Shown in pieces: positions 5,725 to 14,699 of a stretch of DNA of 14,699 bases. The notes under the pieces are model-generated. The model searched no databases and was not told where the DNA came from. It saw only the letters and a program-made list of their open reading frames with translations. How positions within the stretch are numbered: the stretch's first letter is position 1; every line of letters starts with the position of its first letter. This stretch comes from Candidatus Auribacterota bacterium. GTDB lineage: Bacteria > Auribacterota > UBA6266. The position numbers and the translations under genes are program-made. Location of the stretch: the NCBI GenBank assembly GCA_023136205.1, contig JAGLRQ010000033.1, positions 1 to 14,699 on the forward strand. Reading direction: 5' to 3'.

Positions 5725-6270
5725 ATGGGCTCTTCTTACTATTTTTTGTGCGCTTCTTTGCCTATGTTGGCATTTGGTTCAAAACCGCCAATGTCAAACG
5801 AGGATTTTGTTAAGCAGAGCACGGGAAATGTGACTGTAGAGGATTCTGAAATTCTCCTGAGCGCGCGCCTTCTTCCGGAAAAGAAGGTTAAAAAAAATCA
5901 CCCTGCCCTTAAGGTTTGGCTCGGGTTTGAAACAATGCTTAGAAATGAAATGGTTAAGTTCAGGTCGAAAAAACTTAGGCTGGACCCCCTGGATTATTTC
6001 AGGGGAGACTATGTTCCCGCGCCGAATTTAACCAGGATTGTATTAGAGGCATCGGGTGAGGAAACCCCTCTTGAAGTTGAAAGAAGGATAGACACAGCCC
6101 GGTGGGAAAAACTTGAAGAAATACAACAGCAGCATTTTTTTGATTTGCACTTTCTTGTTGTTTATTTTTTAAAACTTCAAATTCTAAATAAATGGGACAA
6201 TATGAAAACTGAAAAAGCCCGTAAAATATTGAGAGAACTGCTGCCGCCTGAAAAGGAGCTTAAAGAATGA
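5725..6270 (+). CDS. DUF2764-like V-ATPase operon protein (probable subunit C/d-equivalent accessory subunit)
   Basis: It occupies the conserved position between E and A, as in the Chlamydia and Bacteroides V-ATPase operons. The N-terminal 'YYFLCASLPML' resembles my memory of DUF2764. ATG 5725 has AAGGA seven nt upstream; the ORF track starts at TTG 5719. The stop overlaps the atpA start (ATGA). Confidence 0.65.
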   Translation: MGSSYYFLCASLPMLAFGSKPPMSNEDFVKQSTGNVTVEDSEILLSARLLPEKKVKKNHPALKVWLGFETMLRNEMVKFRSKKLRLDPLDYFRGDYVPAPNLTRIVLEASGEETPLEVERRIDTARWEKLEEIQQQHFFDLHFLVVYFLKLQILNKWDNMKTEKARKILRELLPPEKELKE

Positions 6271-8006
6271 GTAAAAGAGAAGGCCGTATATCCGGGATAA
6301 ACGGAAACATGATTACAGTTAATTTTGATGATTTTGTTCTGCAGAATGAAGTCGCTTATGCCCTAACCGGAGATGAACATCTTAAATCAGAGGTTATCAG
6401 GGTGAGAGGTAAAAAAGCGGAACTGCAGGTTTATGAAGGAACCGAAGGTTTAAAAGTAGGAGATAAGGTTGAATTTAGCGGGGAACTTCTTGTGGTTGAG
6501 CTGGGGCCGGGGCTTTTAACACAGGTATATGACGGGCTTCAGAACCCTCTTCCCCTTGTCGCCGAGAAATGCGGGTTTTTCCTTAAAAGAGGGGTTTATT
6601 TAAGCGCTCTTTCTGATACGGAAGAATGGGAGTTTACACCGGCGATTGAGGCCGGTGCTTCTGTTAAAGCGGGAGATGTTCTGGGAACAGTTCCCGAAGG
6701 TATTTTTAAACACTCTATTATGGTGCCCTTCGCGATGAGGGATGAATATAAAGTTGTGAAGGTGGCAAAAGAAGGTTCCTATACTATTAAAGAAACAATC
6801 GCGGAAGTGAAAGATTCAAAAGGGGAAATACAAAAGATAACAATGGTCCAGTCATGGCCTGTTAAAATACCCATAACCGCTTATACTGAAAAGCTTAAAC
6901 CGGCTGAGCCTATTATAACTAAAGTAAGGATTATTGATACACTGGTACCGATCGCGAAGGGAGGAACTTATTGTATTCCGGGGCCGTTTGGCGCGGGGAA
7001 AACGGTTCTTCAGCAGCTTACAAGCCGCCACGCGGAAGTTGATATTGTTATTATAGCTGCCTGCGGTGAACGTGCCGGTGAAGTTGTGGAAACCCTGAGG
7101 GAATTTCCTGAACTTACAGATCCCAGAACAGGGAAATCCCTGATGGAGAGGACAATTATTATCTGTAACACAAGCTCTATGCCGGTAGCCGCGCGGGAGT
7201 CAAGCGTTTATACAGCGGTTACCCTGGCGGAATATTACAGACAGATGGGATTAAATGTCCTTTTGCTTCCTGATTCAACGTCGCGCTGGGCCCAGGCGAT
7301 GAGAGAAATGTCAGGGAGGCTTGAAGAAATACCGGGAGAAGAAGCTTTTCCGGCTTACCTTGAGTCACGAATAGCTTCTTTCTATGAAAGGGCCGGGGTG
7401 GTTCGGCTTAATAACGGAAAAATAGGCTCGATAACAATCGGGGGAACCATAAGCCCCGCGGGCGGCAACTTTGAAGAACCGGTGACCCAGGCAACATTAA
7501 AAGTTGTGGGGGCTTTTCTCGGGCTTTCCAGGGAACGTTCGGACGCGAGAAAGTATCCTTCGATAGACCCTCTTGATTCCTGGAGTAAATATAAAAGCTG
7601 TGTAGACGAAAAACAGGTTGAGTATGCCCGTAAGATTTTGATTAGAAGTACGGAAGTTGGGCAGATGATGAAAGTTGTTGGTGAAGAAGGAACGTCACTG
7701 GATGACTTTATTGATTATCTTAAAGGGCAATTTGTGGATGAAGTTTATTTACAGCAGAACGCGTTTGATGAAGTTGACGGGGCGACACCGGCAGAAAGAC
7801 AGAGATATGTCTTTAATGTTCTTCATTATATTCTGGAAGCTAAGTTTCAATTTGAAAACAAAGAAGAGACAAGACATTTTTTCCAACAGCTCAGGCAGGA
7901 CTTCAGGAACTGGAATTCTGATCCGTGGCAAAGCGCTGAATTTAAAAAGAGAGAAGATTTACTGAAAAGCAAAATTGAAGAATCAACAGGAAGAATAAAA
8001 GGATAA
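6267..8006 (+). CDS. atpA: V/A-type ATPase catalytic subunit A
   Basis: 579 aa. Walker A 'GPFGAGKT' at nt 6981-7004. Also '[34 protein letters not shown]', typical of V/A-type A subunits. AAGGAG Shine-Dalgarno upstream. Confidence 0.95.
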   Translation: MSKREGRISGINGNMITVNFDDFVLQNEVAYALTGDEHLKSEVIRVRGKKAELQVYEGTEGLKVGDKVEFSGELLVVELGPGLLTQVYDGLQNPLPLVAEKCGFFLKRGVYLSALSDTEEWEFTPAIEAGASVKAGDVLGTVPEGIFKHSIMVPFAMRDEYKVVKVAKEGSYTIKETIAEVKDSKGEIQKITMVQSWPVKIPITAYTEKLKPAEPIITKVRIIDTLVPIAKGGTYCIPGPFGAGKTVLQQLTSRHAEVDIVIIAACGERAGEVVETLREFPELTDPRTGKSLMERTIIICNTSSMPVAARESSVYTAVTLAEYYRQMGLNVLLLPDSTSRWAQAMREMSGRLEEIPGEEAFPAYLESRIASFYERAGVVRLNNGKIGSITIGGTISPAGGNFEEPVTQATLKVVGAFLGLSRERSDARKYPSIDPLDSWSKYKSCVDEKQVEYARKILIRSTEVGQMMKVVGEEGTSLDDFIDYLKGQFVDEVYLQQNAFDEVDGATPAERQRYVFNVLHYILEAKFQFENKEETRHFFQQLRQDFRNWNSDPWQSAEFKKREDLLKSKIEESTGRIKG

Positions 8007-8008
8007 TT

Positions 8009-9400
8009 ATGCAAAAGGTTTACAGTAAAATATTACAGATTGTAGGAGATGTTATAACAGTTGAAGCCGAAGGCATAGGCAACCAGGAGCTCGCGGAGGT
8101 AACAACCTCGAGGGGGAAAACCTTAGCCCAGGTTATACGCCTTGATGAAAATAAAGTTTATCTGCAGGTGTTTGCCGGTAGCCGGGGCGTTTCGACAGGG
8201 GACAAAATAAGGTTTTTGGGGCACAGGATGCGGGTTTCTTTCTCAGATAATCTTATGGGAAGGATTTTTGATGGAAGCGGTATGCCGAGGGACAACGGGC
8301 CTTCGCTTGCTGAAAATTTAATTGAAATAGGCGGCCCGTCGGTAAATCCCGCGAAAAGGATTATTCCCAAAAGGATGGTAAGAACCGGGATTCCCATGAT
8401 AGATGTTTTTAATTCACTTGTTATATCCCAGAAACTTCCTATTTTTTCCATCGCGGGAGAGCCGTACAATGAAGTTCTTGCCAGAATCGCGATGCAGGCA
8501 GAGGTGGATGTGATAATACTCGGCGGCCTCGGCCTTAAATATGATGATTTTCTTTATTTTAGAGATACGCTTGAAGAACACGGGGCCCTTTCCAACTCGA
8601 TCTTTTTTGTTCATACCGCCTCTGATCCTACGGTCGAGTGTGTTATGGTTCCTGATATGTGCCTTACTGTGGCAGAGCAGCTTGCGATTAACGGGAAAGA
8701 TGTGCTTGTCCTCTTATCCGATATGACAAATTTTGCCGATTCACTAAAAGAAATAGCCATAACAATGGAACAAATACCTTCCAACCGCGGGTATCCCGGG
8801 GATCTTTACAGCCAGCTTGCTGTCCGCTATGAAAAGGCGGTTGACTTTAGCGATGCCGGGTCTATTACTATTCTCGCGGTAACAACAATGCCGGGAGATG
8901 ATGTAACCCATCCGGTTCCTGATAATACAGGATATATTACAGAAGGGCAGTTGTATCTTAGAAACGGAAGAATCGAGCCGTTTGGTTCTTTAAGCCGCTT
9001 AAAACAGCAGGTGAACGCGAAAACAAGAGAAGATCATAGGACGGTAATGGATACAATGATCCAGCTTTATTCAGATTTTAACGGCGCGAAAGAAAAGCTG
9101 GCTATGGGTTTTGAAACGACCGGGTGGGATAAAAAGCTTCTAAAATACGGAGAAATGTTTGAAGAGCGGATGATGTCGCTGAAAGTTAATATGCCTCTTG
9201 AAAAAGCGCTTGACCTCGGATGGGAAATAATGGCTGAATGTTTTGAGCCGGAGGAAACAGGGATAAAAACAGAAATGGTTGAGAAATTCTGGCCGAAGAA
9301 GGAAGCTGAAACGCGAGAAGTGGAAGAAGAGGTGGAACAAGAGGGGCCAACAACGGTGGAAGAGCTTGGTTCTTTGGAAAATAATTTTGAAGGAAAATAA
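8009..9400 (+). CDS. atpB: V/A-type ATPase subunit B (non-catalytic), with an acidic C-terminal tail
   Basis: 463 aa. '[18 protein letters not shown]' and '[33 protein letters not shown]' are B-subunit signatures. There is no intact P-loop. Confidence 0.95.
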   Translation: MQKVYSKILQIVGDVITVEAEGIGNQELAEVTTSRGKTLAQVIRLDENKVYLQVFAGSRGVSTGDKIRFLGHRMRVSFSDNLMGRIFDGSGMPRDNGPSLAENLIEIGGPSVNPAKRIIPKRMVRTGIPMIDVFNSLVISQKLPIFSIAGEPYNEVLARIAMQAEVDVIILGGLGLKYDDFLYFRDTLEEHGALSNSIFFVHTASDPTVECVMVPDMCLTVAEQLAINGKDVLVLLSDMTNFADSLKEIAITMEQIPSNRGYPGDLYSQLAVRYEKAVDFSDAGSITILAVTTMPGDDVTHPVPDNTGYITEGQLYLRNGRIEPFGSLSRLKQQVNAKTREDHRTVMDTMIQLYSDFNGAKEKLAMGFETTGWDKKLLKYGEMFEERMMSLKVNMPLEKALDLGWEIMAECFEPEETGIKTEMVEKFWPKKEAETREVEEEVEQEGPTTVEELGSLENNFEGK

Positions 9401-9485
9401 GGAAGAGAGAGGAAACAGAGAGTTACAATTCACTAAATAGTGCGAAGCGCAGCGTAGCCTCCCCGGAGGGGACTAAATACGAGTT

Positions 9486-10097
9486 ATGGCAAGAAAAAAA
9501 ATAAAGTTTACAAAGGGAGAATTAAAAAAACAGCGTGATTCGAAGACGCAGTTCCAGCGTTATCTTCCGATTCTTCAGTTAAAGCAGCAGCAGCTTCAGC
9601 TCGAAGTTCAAAAGACAGAAGCCAGGTTAAAAAAACTCAAAGAAGAGGTAGAGCAGATAAAGGAGGACATGGTTAGCTGGATTGGCGTATTGGCTGAACC
9701 GAAAATAGATCTTACCCCCTGGGTGAAGCCAAAAGATGTTGTAACATCCACCACAAATATCGCGGGCGTTGACGTTCCTGTTTTTAAAAGGGCTGATTTT
9801 GCGGAGGTTGACTATGATATTTTTAGCATGCCCTTATGGGTTGATTCTGCTGTTGATGAAATACGCAGGCTCTCAGAGCTTATCGCGGAAACCGATATCA
9901 CACAGGAAGAACATAATATTCTTAATAGAGAACTTAAAGTTACTATGCAGCGGGTAAATCTTTTTGAAAAGGTTAAGATTCCCGAAAGCAAAGAGAATAT
10001 AAGGGTTATTCAAATTTATCTGGGTGACCAGTATACGAATGCTGTCGGAAGAAGCAAGATAGCAAAGAGAAAGATAGAAGTACTCTTAAAAACTTAG
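9486..10097 (+). CDS. atpD: V/A-type ATPase subunit D (central stalk)
   Basis: 203 aa. It has a basic N-terminus, a long coiled coil ('LQLKQQQLQLEVQKTEARLKKLKEEVEQ'), and a C-terminal 'RVNLFEKVKIPE...IRVIQIYL' motif typical of D subunits. It sits after B in the operon. Confidence 0.85.
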   Translation: MARKKIKFTKGELKKQRDSKTQFQRYLPILQLKQQQLQLEVQKTEARLKKLKEEVEQIKEDMVSWIGVLAEPKIDLTPWVKPKDVVTSTTNIAGVDVPVFKRADFAEVDYDIFSMPLWVDSAVDEIRRLSELIAETDITQEEHNILNRELKVTMQRVNLFEKVKIPESKENIRVIQIYLGDQYTNAVGRSKIAKRKIEVLLKT

Positions 10098-10106
10098 GCC
10101 AAAATC

Positions 10107-11906
10107 ATGATTGTTCAGATGAAAAAAATTACTATGATTGTCCAGGACAAGGACAAGGAAGAAGCTTTAAGTCAGCTTTCTTCTCTTGGGTTGGTTCATG
10201 TTGAATATCTGAGTAATCCCGCGGGGCAATCTATCAATGAGGTGCATGAAGATATTCACATGATTTCAAGAGCGCTGGAAATTATCCCGCCCGGGGATGA
10301 AGGCCTTGTGTCCAGGCAAGTTGAGAATTGGGGCAAGGTCGCGGACACTGTCCTTGATTTAAGGGATTACCGCGGCAAGTTGATGGAACGCCGGAGAAAA
10401 TGCCAGGGGGAAATCGACCGGTGGGCAGACTGGGGAGATTTTGATGTTTCTCTTATCAGGCATTTAAGCGTGAAAGGTATCCGGGTTTACCTCTGTGAAG
10501 TACCTGTCAAGGAACTTAAAGATATCCCCGGGGATGCGATTGTTCAGATAGTTTCCCGGAAAGGCGGAATTGTCCGCTGCGCGGTTGTTTCTGATAAAAA
10601 TATGGAGTTTTCTTTTAAAGTCCTTGCTCTTCCGGAAAAAAGATTTTCCGATCTTATCAGAGAGCGGAAGGAAAATGAAAAACAAATAAAACTGGTAGAT
10701 GAACAGTTAAAAGATTTTGTTCACTTTAGAAATGGGCTTGAAGAGATCAGACAGCATCTTGAAAAAGAACTGGAATTTGAAAATGCGCGTGTTGGAATGG
10801 GCAGTGCCGGCAAACTTTCTTATTTGACAGGATATTGCCCTGTCCCGAAAATTTCGGTGCTTGAAGAGGCTTCTAAAAAATTTAAGTGGGCTCTTCTTAT
10901 GGAAGACCCCGCGGAACAAGATATTCCTCCAACGCTTATAACCAATCCAAAATGGGTAAATCTGATAAAACCGGTTTTTAATATTATAAACACTATCCCT
11001 GGTTATAGAGAAGTTGATATAAGTACCGTGTTTTTGCTTTTCTTTTCAATTTTCTTCGGGATGCTTATTGGTGACGCGGGTTACGGCGCTTTGATTTTTA
11101 TCGCGACTGCTTTCGCGCAATTCAAGTTTGGGAAGGCAATGAAAGATAAAAGCCCTCTTTTCCTTATGTACACGCTTGGTATGATGACAGTGATTTGGGG
11201 TCTTTTAACCGGGACAATCTTTGGCAAAGAATGGCTTCCTCAGTCGGTTAAGCCTATGATGCCGTGGCTCGCGAAGGGTGTGAATATTCAAGTGCTTTGT
11301 TTATTTATAGGCGCTTTGCATTTATCAATAGCACATGTATGGAGGGCGGTAAAAAAAGCTCCATCTGTTTTAGCCCTCGCGGAAGCAGGATGGATCGGTA
11401 TTTTATGGGGGATGTTTTTCCTGGCGCGAACACTTATAGCAGGGACTAAAATGCCTTTTTACGCTTTGTGTTTTCTCGGGATTGGTTTAATATTTGTATT
11501 GGTGTTTACAATTCATCCCAGGTATTTTTTTAAAGGGTTGTTCCTCCGCCTTGTCACACACTTTTTTAGTGTATTAGGCAGTTTCACGGATATTGTGTCC
11601 TATATAAGGTTATTTGCCGTGGGAACGGCATCTGTAGCGGTCGCGGACGCGTTTAATAAGATGGCGGCGCAGGTAGGGTATTCCAATATATTGATAGTTC
11701 CGATTACAGCAGTTATTCTGTTAATAGGGCATGGTTTAAATATAACCCTTGGCGCTTTGGCAATCCTGGTACATGGTGTTCGATTAAATGTTCTTGAATT
11801 TTCCAGCCATATGGGTTTAGATTGGTCGGGAGTAGAATATAACCCTTTTAAGGGTAAAAAAACAGGTTTAAGCAATACTGCTTATGGAGCGGAAGGAGAG
11901 CAATAA
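10107..11906 (+). CDS. atpI: V/A-type ATPase subunit I (a-subunit, membrane stator)
   Basis: 599 aa. It has a soluble N-terminal half and a polytopic C-terminal half, including 'SYIRLFAVGTASVAVA' (the conserved Arg helix) and 'HGVRLNVLEFSSH'. The start may be ATG 10119 ('MKKITMIV...'). Confidence 0.9.
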   Translation: MIVQMKKITMIVQDKDKEEALSQLSSLGLVHVEYLSNPAGQSINEVHEDIHMISRALEIIPPGDEGLVSRQVENWGKVADTVLDLRDYRGKLMERRRKCQGEIDRWADWGDFDVSLIRHLSVKGIRVYLCEVPVKELKDIPGDAIVQIVSRKGGIVRCAVVSDKNMEFSFKVLALPEKRFSDLIRERKENEKQIKLVDEQLKDFVHFRNGLEEIRQHLEKELEFENARVGMGSAGKLSYLTGYCPVPKISVLEEASKKFKWALLMEDPAEQDIPPTLITNPKWVNLIKPVFNIINTIPGYREVDISTVFLLFFSIFFGMLIGDAGYGALIFIATAFAQFKFGKAMKDKSPLFLMYTLGMMTVIWGLLTGTIFGKEWLPQSVKPMMPWLAKGVNIQVLCLFIGALHLSIAHVWRAVKKAPSVLALAEAGWIGILWGMFFLARTLIAGTKMPFYALCFLGIGLIFVLVFTIHPRYFFKGLFLRLVTHFFSVLGSFTDIVSYIRLFAVGTASVAVADAFNKMAAQVGYSNILIVPITAVILLIGHGLNITLGALAILVHGVRLNVLEFSSHMGLDWSGVEYNPFKGKKTGLSNTAYGAEGEQ

Positions 11907-12355
11907 TGGAAGCAGGGAGTGTTCTAATACAATTTCAGGATTTGGGGTATATGGCGGCTCTTGCTCTTGCGGCTACAGGGTCGGCATTAGGAACAGGCGC
12001 GGCCGGGATGGCTGCTATCGGGGCATGGAAAAAATGTTACGCGCAGAGTAAAGCGGCCCCGTTTCAGCTTACGGTTTTCGCGGGTGCGCCTCTCTCGCAG
12101 ACGATTTATGGCCTGATAGTTATGCTTACTATTAAAGGGAGAGCTGACGCGGGAACATATCTTTGGTGGGCCGGAATTTTTGGTGGGCTGGCCATGGGTA
12201 TGAGCGCCTGGATGCAGGGAAAAGCCGGGGCGGCCGCCGCGGATGCTCTTGCTGAAACAGGCAAAGGATTTACAAATTATCTGCTGGTTCTTGGAATTAT
12301 TGAAACCGTCGCGCTGTTTGTAATGGCATTTATATTGTTATCCGCGTTCGCGTAA
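11906..12355 (+). CDS. atpK: V/A-type ATPase proteolipid subunit K (c-subunit, duplicated 4-TM form)
   Basis: 149 aa, Gly/Ala-rich, four predicted TM helices, with a single membrane carboxylate E133 ('GIIETVALF', nt 12302-12304). The start overlaps the atpI stop (TAATG). GGAGA Shine-Dalgarno upstream. Confidence 0.9.
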   Translation: MEAGSVLIQFQDLGYMAALALAATGSALGTGAAGMAAIGAWKKCYAQSKAAPFQLTVFAGAPLSQTIYGLIVMLTIKGRADAGTYLWWAGIFGGLAMGMSAWMQGKAGAAAADALAETGKGFTNYLLVLGIIETVALFVMAFILLSAFA

Positions 12356-12390
12356 AATAACCTGTTCCTCCCCCGGGGTAGAACAATGGC

Positions 12391-13560
12391 GTGAGAATAA
12401 AAAAAATGGCTGAGCTTAAACACGATCCTAAAAAATACGAGAAAATCCATCATATCTTGTTTCTCGCGGATATACTGTTAACCGTATTGGTTCTGCTTGC
12501 TTTTTTCATGACTCCCCTTTCTGTTAACCTCATGGAAATAGCCCGGGAAAATGTCCCTGAAACACTTGGGGCCAACATCGCGTTTATACTGCTCAACGCG
12601 TTTTATCTTGTTGCTTTCGTAATCATAATCTGGTTAATCTTTCTGCCGCTGCATTTTTACGGTTCGTATGTTGTTGAACACAAGTACGGGCTTTCCAATC
12701 TGACAAAAGTTAAGTGGTTCAAAGATGAAATGAAAAGCCTTTTACTGGGGTTAATCACTAAACTTATTCTTGTAGAAGCGCTGTATCTCCTTTTGTGGAA
12801 AAACCCGGGAAATTGGTGGATATGGACAGCGGTTGTCTGGATAATATTCAGCATTGTTATGACCAGGATTTATCCTTCGGTTATACTTCCGTTATTCTAC
12901 AAGATTAAACCGATTGGAAACAAAATTCTCGCTGAGAGGATAAAAAAGTTTATAGAAAAGGAAGGCGGGCGCGTTTTAGGAATTTTTGAATGGGAGTTAA
13001 GCGCGAAGACAAAAAAGGCAAACGCGGCTTTTACCGGAATGGGCAGTACCAAGAGGGTTATACTCGGCGACACCTTGATAAATAATTATACGGATGACGA
13101 AATAGAAACAATCATTGCCCACGAGTTTGGCCATCACAGATTCAGGCATCTCTATAAATTTCTGTATATAGGCGCCGGTATTTATATCGTCAGTTTTGCC
13201 GTGATTAATATGGTTTTTAAAGGCCTTATAGAATGGCGTTATTATGACAACATAGACTTTTTTAATATTGCCACTTTTCCGTTAATAGCTCTTTGCATAT
13301 ACATTATTCAGCTTGTCGCGATGCCTGCGCTGAATGTAATCTCCAGGTTTTTTGAAAGGCAGGCAGACCATTTCGCGCTTGAAAAAACAAATAACCCCGA
13401 CGCGTTTATTTCCGGTATGTCCAAGCTTGCCGAGCAAAACCTCGCGAACAAGGAACCTAACGCGATTATAGAATTTTTACTCTATAGCCATCCGGCCATA
13501 TCTAAAAGGATAAAAGCGGCAGAGGAATATAAAAAGAATCAGTCACGGATTACGAATTGA
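12391..13560 (+). CDS. M48-family integral-membrane zinc metalloprotease (Ste24/HtpX-like)
   Basis: 389 aa with multiple N-terminal TM helices. HExxH 'HEFGH' at nt 13120-13134, followed by 'FERQADHFA', which supplies the third-ligand Glu region. The tracked start is GTG 12391; ATG 12406 is an alternative. Confidence 0.85.
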   Translation: MRIKKMAELKHDPKKYEKIHHILFLADILLTVLVLLAFFMTPLSVNLMEIARENVPETLGANIAFILLNAFYLVAFVIIIWLIFLPLHFYGSYVVEHKYGLSNLTKVKWFKDEMKSLLLGLITKLILVEALYLLLWKNPGNWWIWTAVVWIIFSIVMTRIYPSVILPLFYKIKPIGNKILAERIKKFIEKEGGRVLGIFEWELSAKTKKANAAFTGMGSTKRVILGDTLINNYTDDEIETIIAHEFGHHRFRHLYKFLYIGAGIYIVSFAVINMVFKGLIEWRYYDNIDFFNIATFPLIALCIYIIQLVAMPALNVISRFFERQADHFALEKTNNPDAFISGMSKLAEQNLANKEPNAIIEFLLYSHPAISKRIKAAEEYKKNQSRITN

Positions 13561-14396
13561 AAAAAGAACCTATCCTTTATGTAGTTGCTACCCCCATAGG
13601 AAACCTTGATGATATGTCTGGGCGGGCGGTTAATATCATGGCAATTTCGGATTTTATCATCGCGGAGGATACTAGAAAAGCGCGGATTCTTTTAAATAAA
13701 TTTAATATCAGTAAAAAGAGAGTTGTGAGTTTTTTTGAAGGAAATGAGAAGGAGAAAATATCCGGCATAGTTAAAATGGTAAAAAACGCGGAGTGCTGTT
13801 CCCTGATTTCCGAAGCGGGTACGCCGTGTATATCTGATCCCGGGTACAGGCTTGTGAAAACCTTGCGCGATGACGGGATTAAGGTAGTGCCGGTTCCCGG
13901 GCCCTGTGCCGCAATAGCGGCGCTCTCGGCATCGGGGATTGCGTCTGACAGGTTTTCGTTTGAAGGGTATCTGCCCAAAGGAGAAAAGAAATTGGAAAAA
14001 TTTCTCTCAGGCCTTGAAAATGAAGAGAGGACACTTTTGTTTTATGAATCCCCCCGGAGAATACAAAAATCACTGGCGGTTATGATAAAAGTTTTTGGCA
14101 GCAGAAAAGCGTGCCTTTTCCGCGAAATGACAAAGATGTTTGAAGAAAGCATCTTTGGGACGCTTGAAGAAATAAGACGGAAAGTTTCTGAGCCGGTGAG
14201 AGGCGAGGTGACTCTTGTTGTTGCCCCGCCGGAAAAGAAGAGAATGTGGGATATTGACTTCGGCAGAGCGGTTCAGGTTATACAGGAGGAAACCGGAATT
14301 TCAAAAGGCAGGGCGGCAAAGCTCGCGGCAAAGATAACAGGGGCTAAAAAAAGAGACATATATAAAGAGGCGCTGAAAGAAAATGAGATTAGGTGA
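13557..14396 (+). CDS. rsmI: 16S rRNA (cytidine1402-2'-O)-methyltransferase RsmI
   Basis: 279 aa. 'LYVVATPIGNLDDMSGRA...IIAEDTR', 'SEAGTPCISDPGYRLV' and 'PGPCAAIAALSASG' are the tetrapyrrole-methylase-fold RsmI motifs. The TTG start overlaps the M48 stop (TTGA). Confidence 0.9.
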   Translation: MKKEPILYVVATPIGNLDDMSGRAVNIMAISDFIIAEDTRKARILLNKFNISKKRVVSFFEGNEKEKISGIVKMVKNAECCSLISEAGTPCISDPGYRLVKTLRDDGIKVVPVPGPCAAIAALSASGIASDRFSFEGYLPKGEKKLEKFLSGLENEERTLLFYESPRRIQKSLAVMIKVFGSRKACLFREMTKMFEESIFGTLEEIRRKVSEPVRGEVTLVVAPPEKKRMWDIDFGRAVQVIQEETGISKGRAAKLAAKITGAKKRDIYKEALKENEIR

Positions 14397-14699
14397 TTTT
14401 GAAGTTTACCTTCTAAGCGACGGAACCTTTAAGCTTGACGGAGGCAGCATGTTCGGCGTTATCCCCAAACTATTATGGGAAAAGAAGATACGCTGTGACA
14501 AAAAAAATAGAATTGAGCTCGCGATGAACTGCCTGCTTGTGAAAACCGGTACAAAAAACATTTTGGTTGAAACAGGGATGGGAGAAAATTATTCGGCCAA
14601 AGAAAGAAAAATATATGATATTAAAAAAGATAAAAATCTTATTGAATCAATTTCCGGGACAGGTATTTCACCCGATGAAATTACCGATGTTATTCTTAC
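14383..14699 (+). CDS. MBL-fold metallo-hydrolase, 5' fragment (continues beyond the window)
   Basis: Not in the supplied ORF track because it has no stop. My own translation from ATG 14383 gives 'MRLGDFEVYLLSDGTFKLDGGSMFGVIPKLLWEK...NCLLVKTGTKNILVETGMG...ITDVILT' with no stop codon to the window edge. This N-terminal pattern immediately precedes the HxHxDH motif in MBL-fold proteins. It overlaps the rsmI 3' end by 14 nt. Confidence 0.7.
   Translation, partial: MRLGDFEVYLLSDGTFKLDGGSMFGVIPKLLWEKKIRCDKKNRIELAMNCLLVKTGTKNILVETGMGENYSAKERKIYDIKKDKNLIESISGTGISPDEITDVIL

Noticed and set aside
9298-9400. Acidic C-terminal tail of subunit B ('[32 protein letters not shown]'), considered as an unusual extension
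   Set aside because: The total length of 463 aa is within the normal range for V/A-type B subunits as I recall it, and variable C-termini are common. It is not distinctive without an alignment.
9460-9472. Small hairpin 'tcccc-gga-gggga' in the 85-nt atpB/atpD spacer, considered as an intra-operon attenuator or terminator
   Set aside because: It has only a 5-bp stem with a 3-nt loop and no following U-run. The embedded GGAGG is about 16 nt from the atpD ATG, too far for a sequestered Shine-Dalgarno model. The evidence is insufficient.
12370-12378. 'cccccgggg' palindrome after atpK, considered as an operon terminator
   Set aside because: It is a contiguous palindrome with no loop, so it cannot form a stable hairpin, and it has no U-tract. 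I see no convincing intrinsic terminator between atpK and the M48 gene.
13577-13978. 133-aa minus-strand ORF, plus other nested or antisense ORFs (52-255, 137-346, 268-567, 1178-1411, 2064-2270, 2213-2404, 3949-4284, 4098-4352, 4719-4901, 7675-7965, 7749-7931, 8158-8469, 8414-8614, 8541-8726, 9140-9433, 9769-9957, 10464-10685, 10707-10919, 11264-11449, 11600-11875, 12657-12854, 13879-14073)
   Set aside because: All lie inside, or largely overlap, longer ORFs with clear family signatures on the other strand or frame. Their translations are low-complexity or compositionally odd, and none has a recognisable motif or ribosome-binding site.
1-14699. Search for CRISPR arrays, tRNA, rRNA, transposase or integrase genes and tandem repeats
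   Set aside because: No short regularly spaced repeats and no cloverleaf-like or rRNA-like segments were noticed, and no ORF has recombinase or transposase motifs. The only multi-copy elements found are the two flanking repeats and the operator palindromes.

Overview
Bacterial chromosomal window, moderately AT-rich; taxon not identifiable from sequence alone. About 5.1-14.7 kb is an all-plus-strand housekeeping block. It holds a complete 7-gene V/A-type ATPase operon in the order E, DUF2764-like, A, B, D, I, K. By my recollection this reduced layout occurs in Chlamydiae, Bacteroidota, spirochaetes and several candidate phyla. It is followed by a polytopic M48 (Ste24/HtpX-like) zinc protease, rsmI, and the 5' part of an MBL-fold hydrolase that runs off the window. 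About 1-5.0 kb looks accessory. (i) A small hypothetical protein whose frame is open to the 5' edge. (ii) A convergent, stand-alone 827-aa orphan protein with an unusual architecture: two divergent tandem N-terminal modules, a long unrecognised central region, one glycine-zipper-like hydrophobic segment, and a C-terminal DUF3892-like domain. Divergent direct repeats of about 65-95 bp bracket this gene. (iii) A three-gene hipB/hipS/hipT-type (split HipA) kinase toxin-antitoxin module. It is preceded by four good RYACCC-N4-GGGTRY palindromes plus a half-site, spaced 42-31-31-42 bp (helically phased). The repeat-bracketed orphan gene is the best candidate for something undescribed; the HipBST module and its operator array are the best-supported accessory system. 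No tRNA, rRNA, CRISPR array, transposase or integrase is visible.
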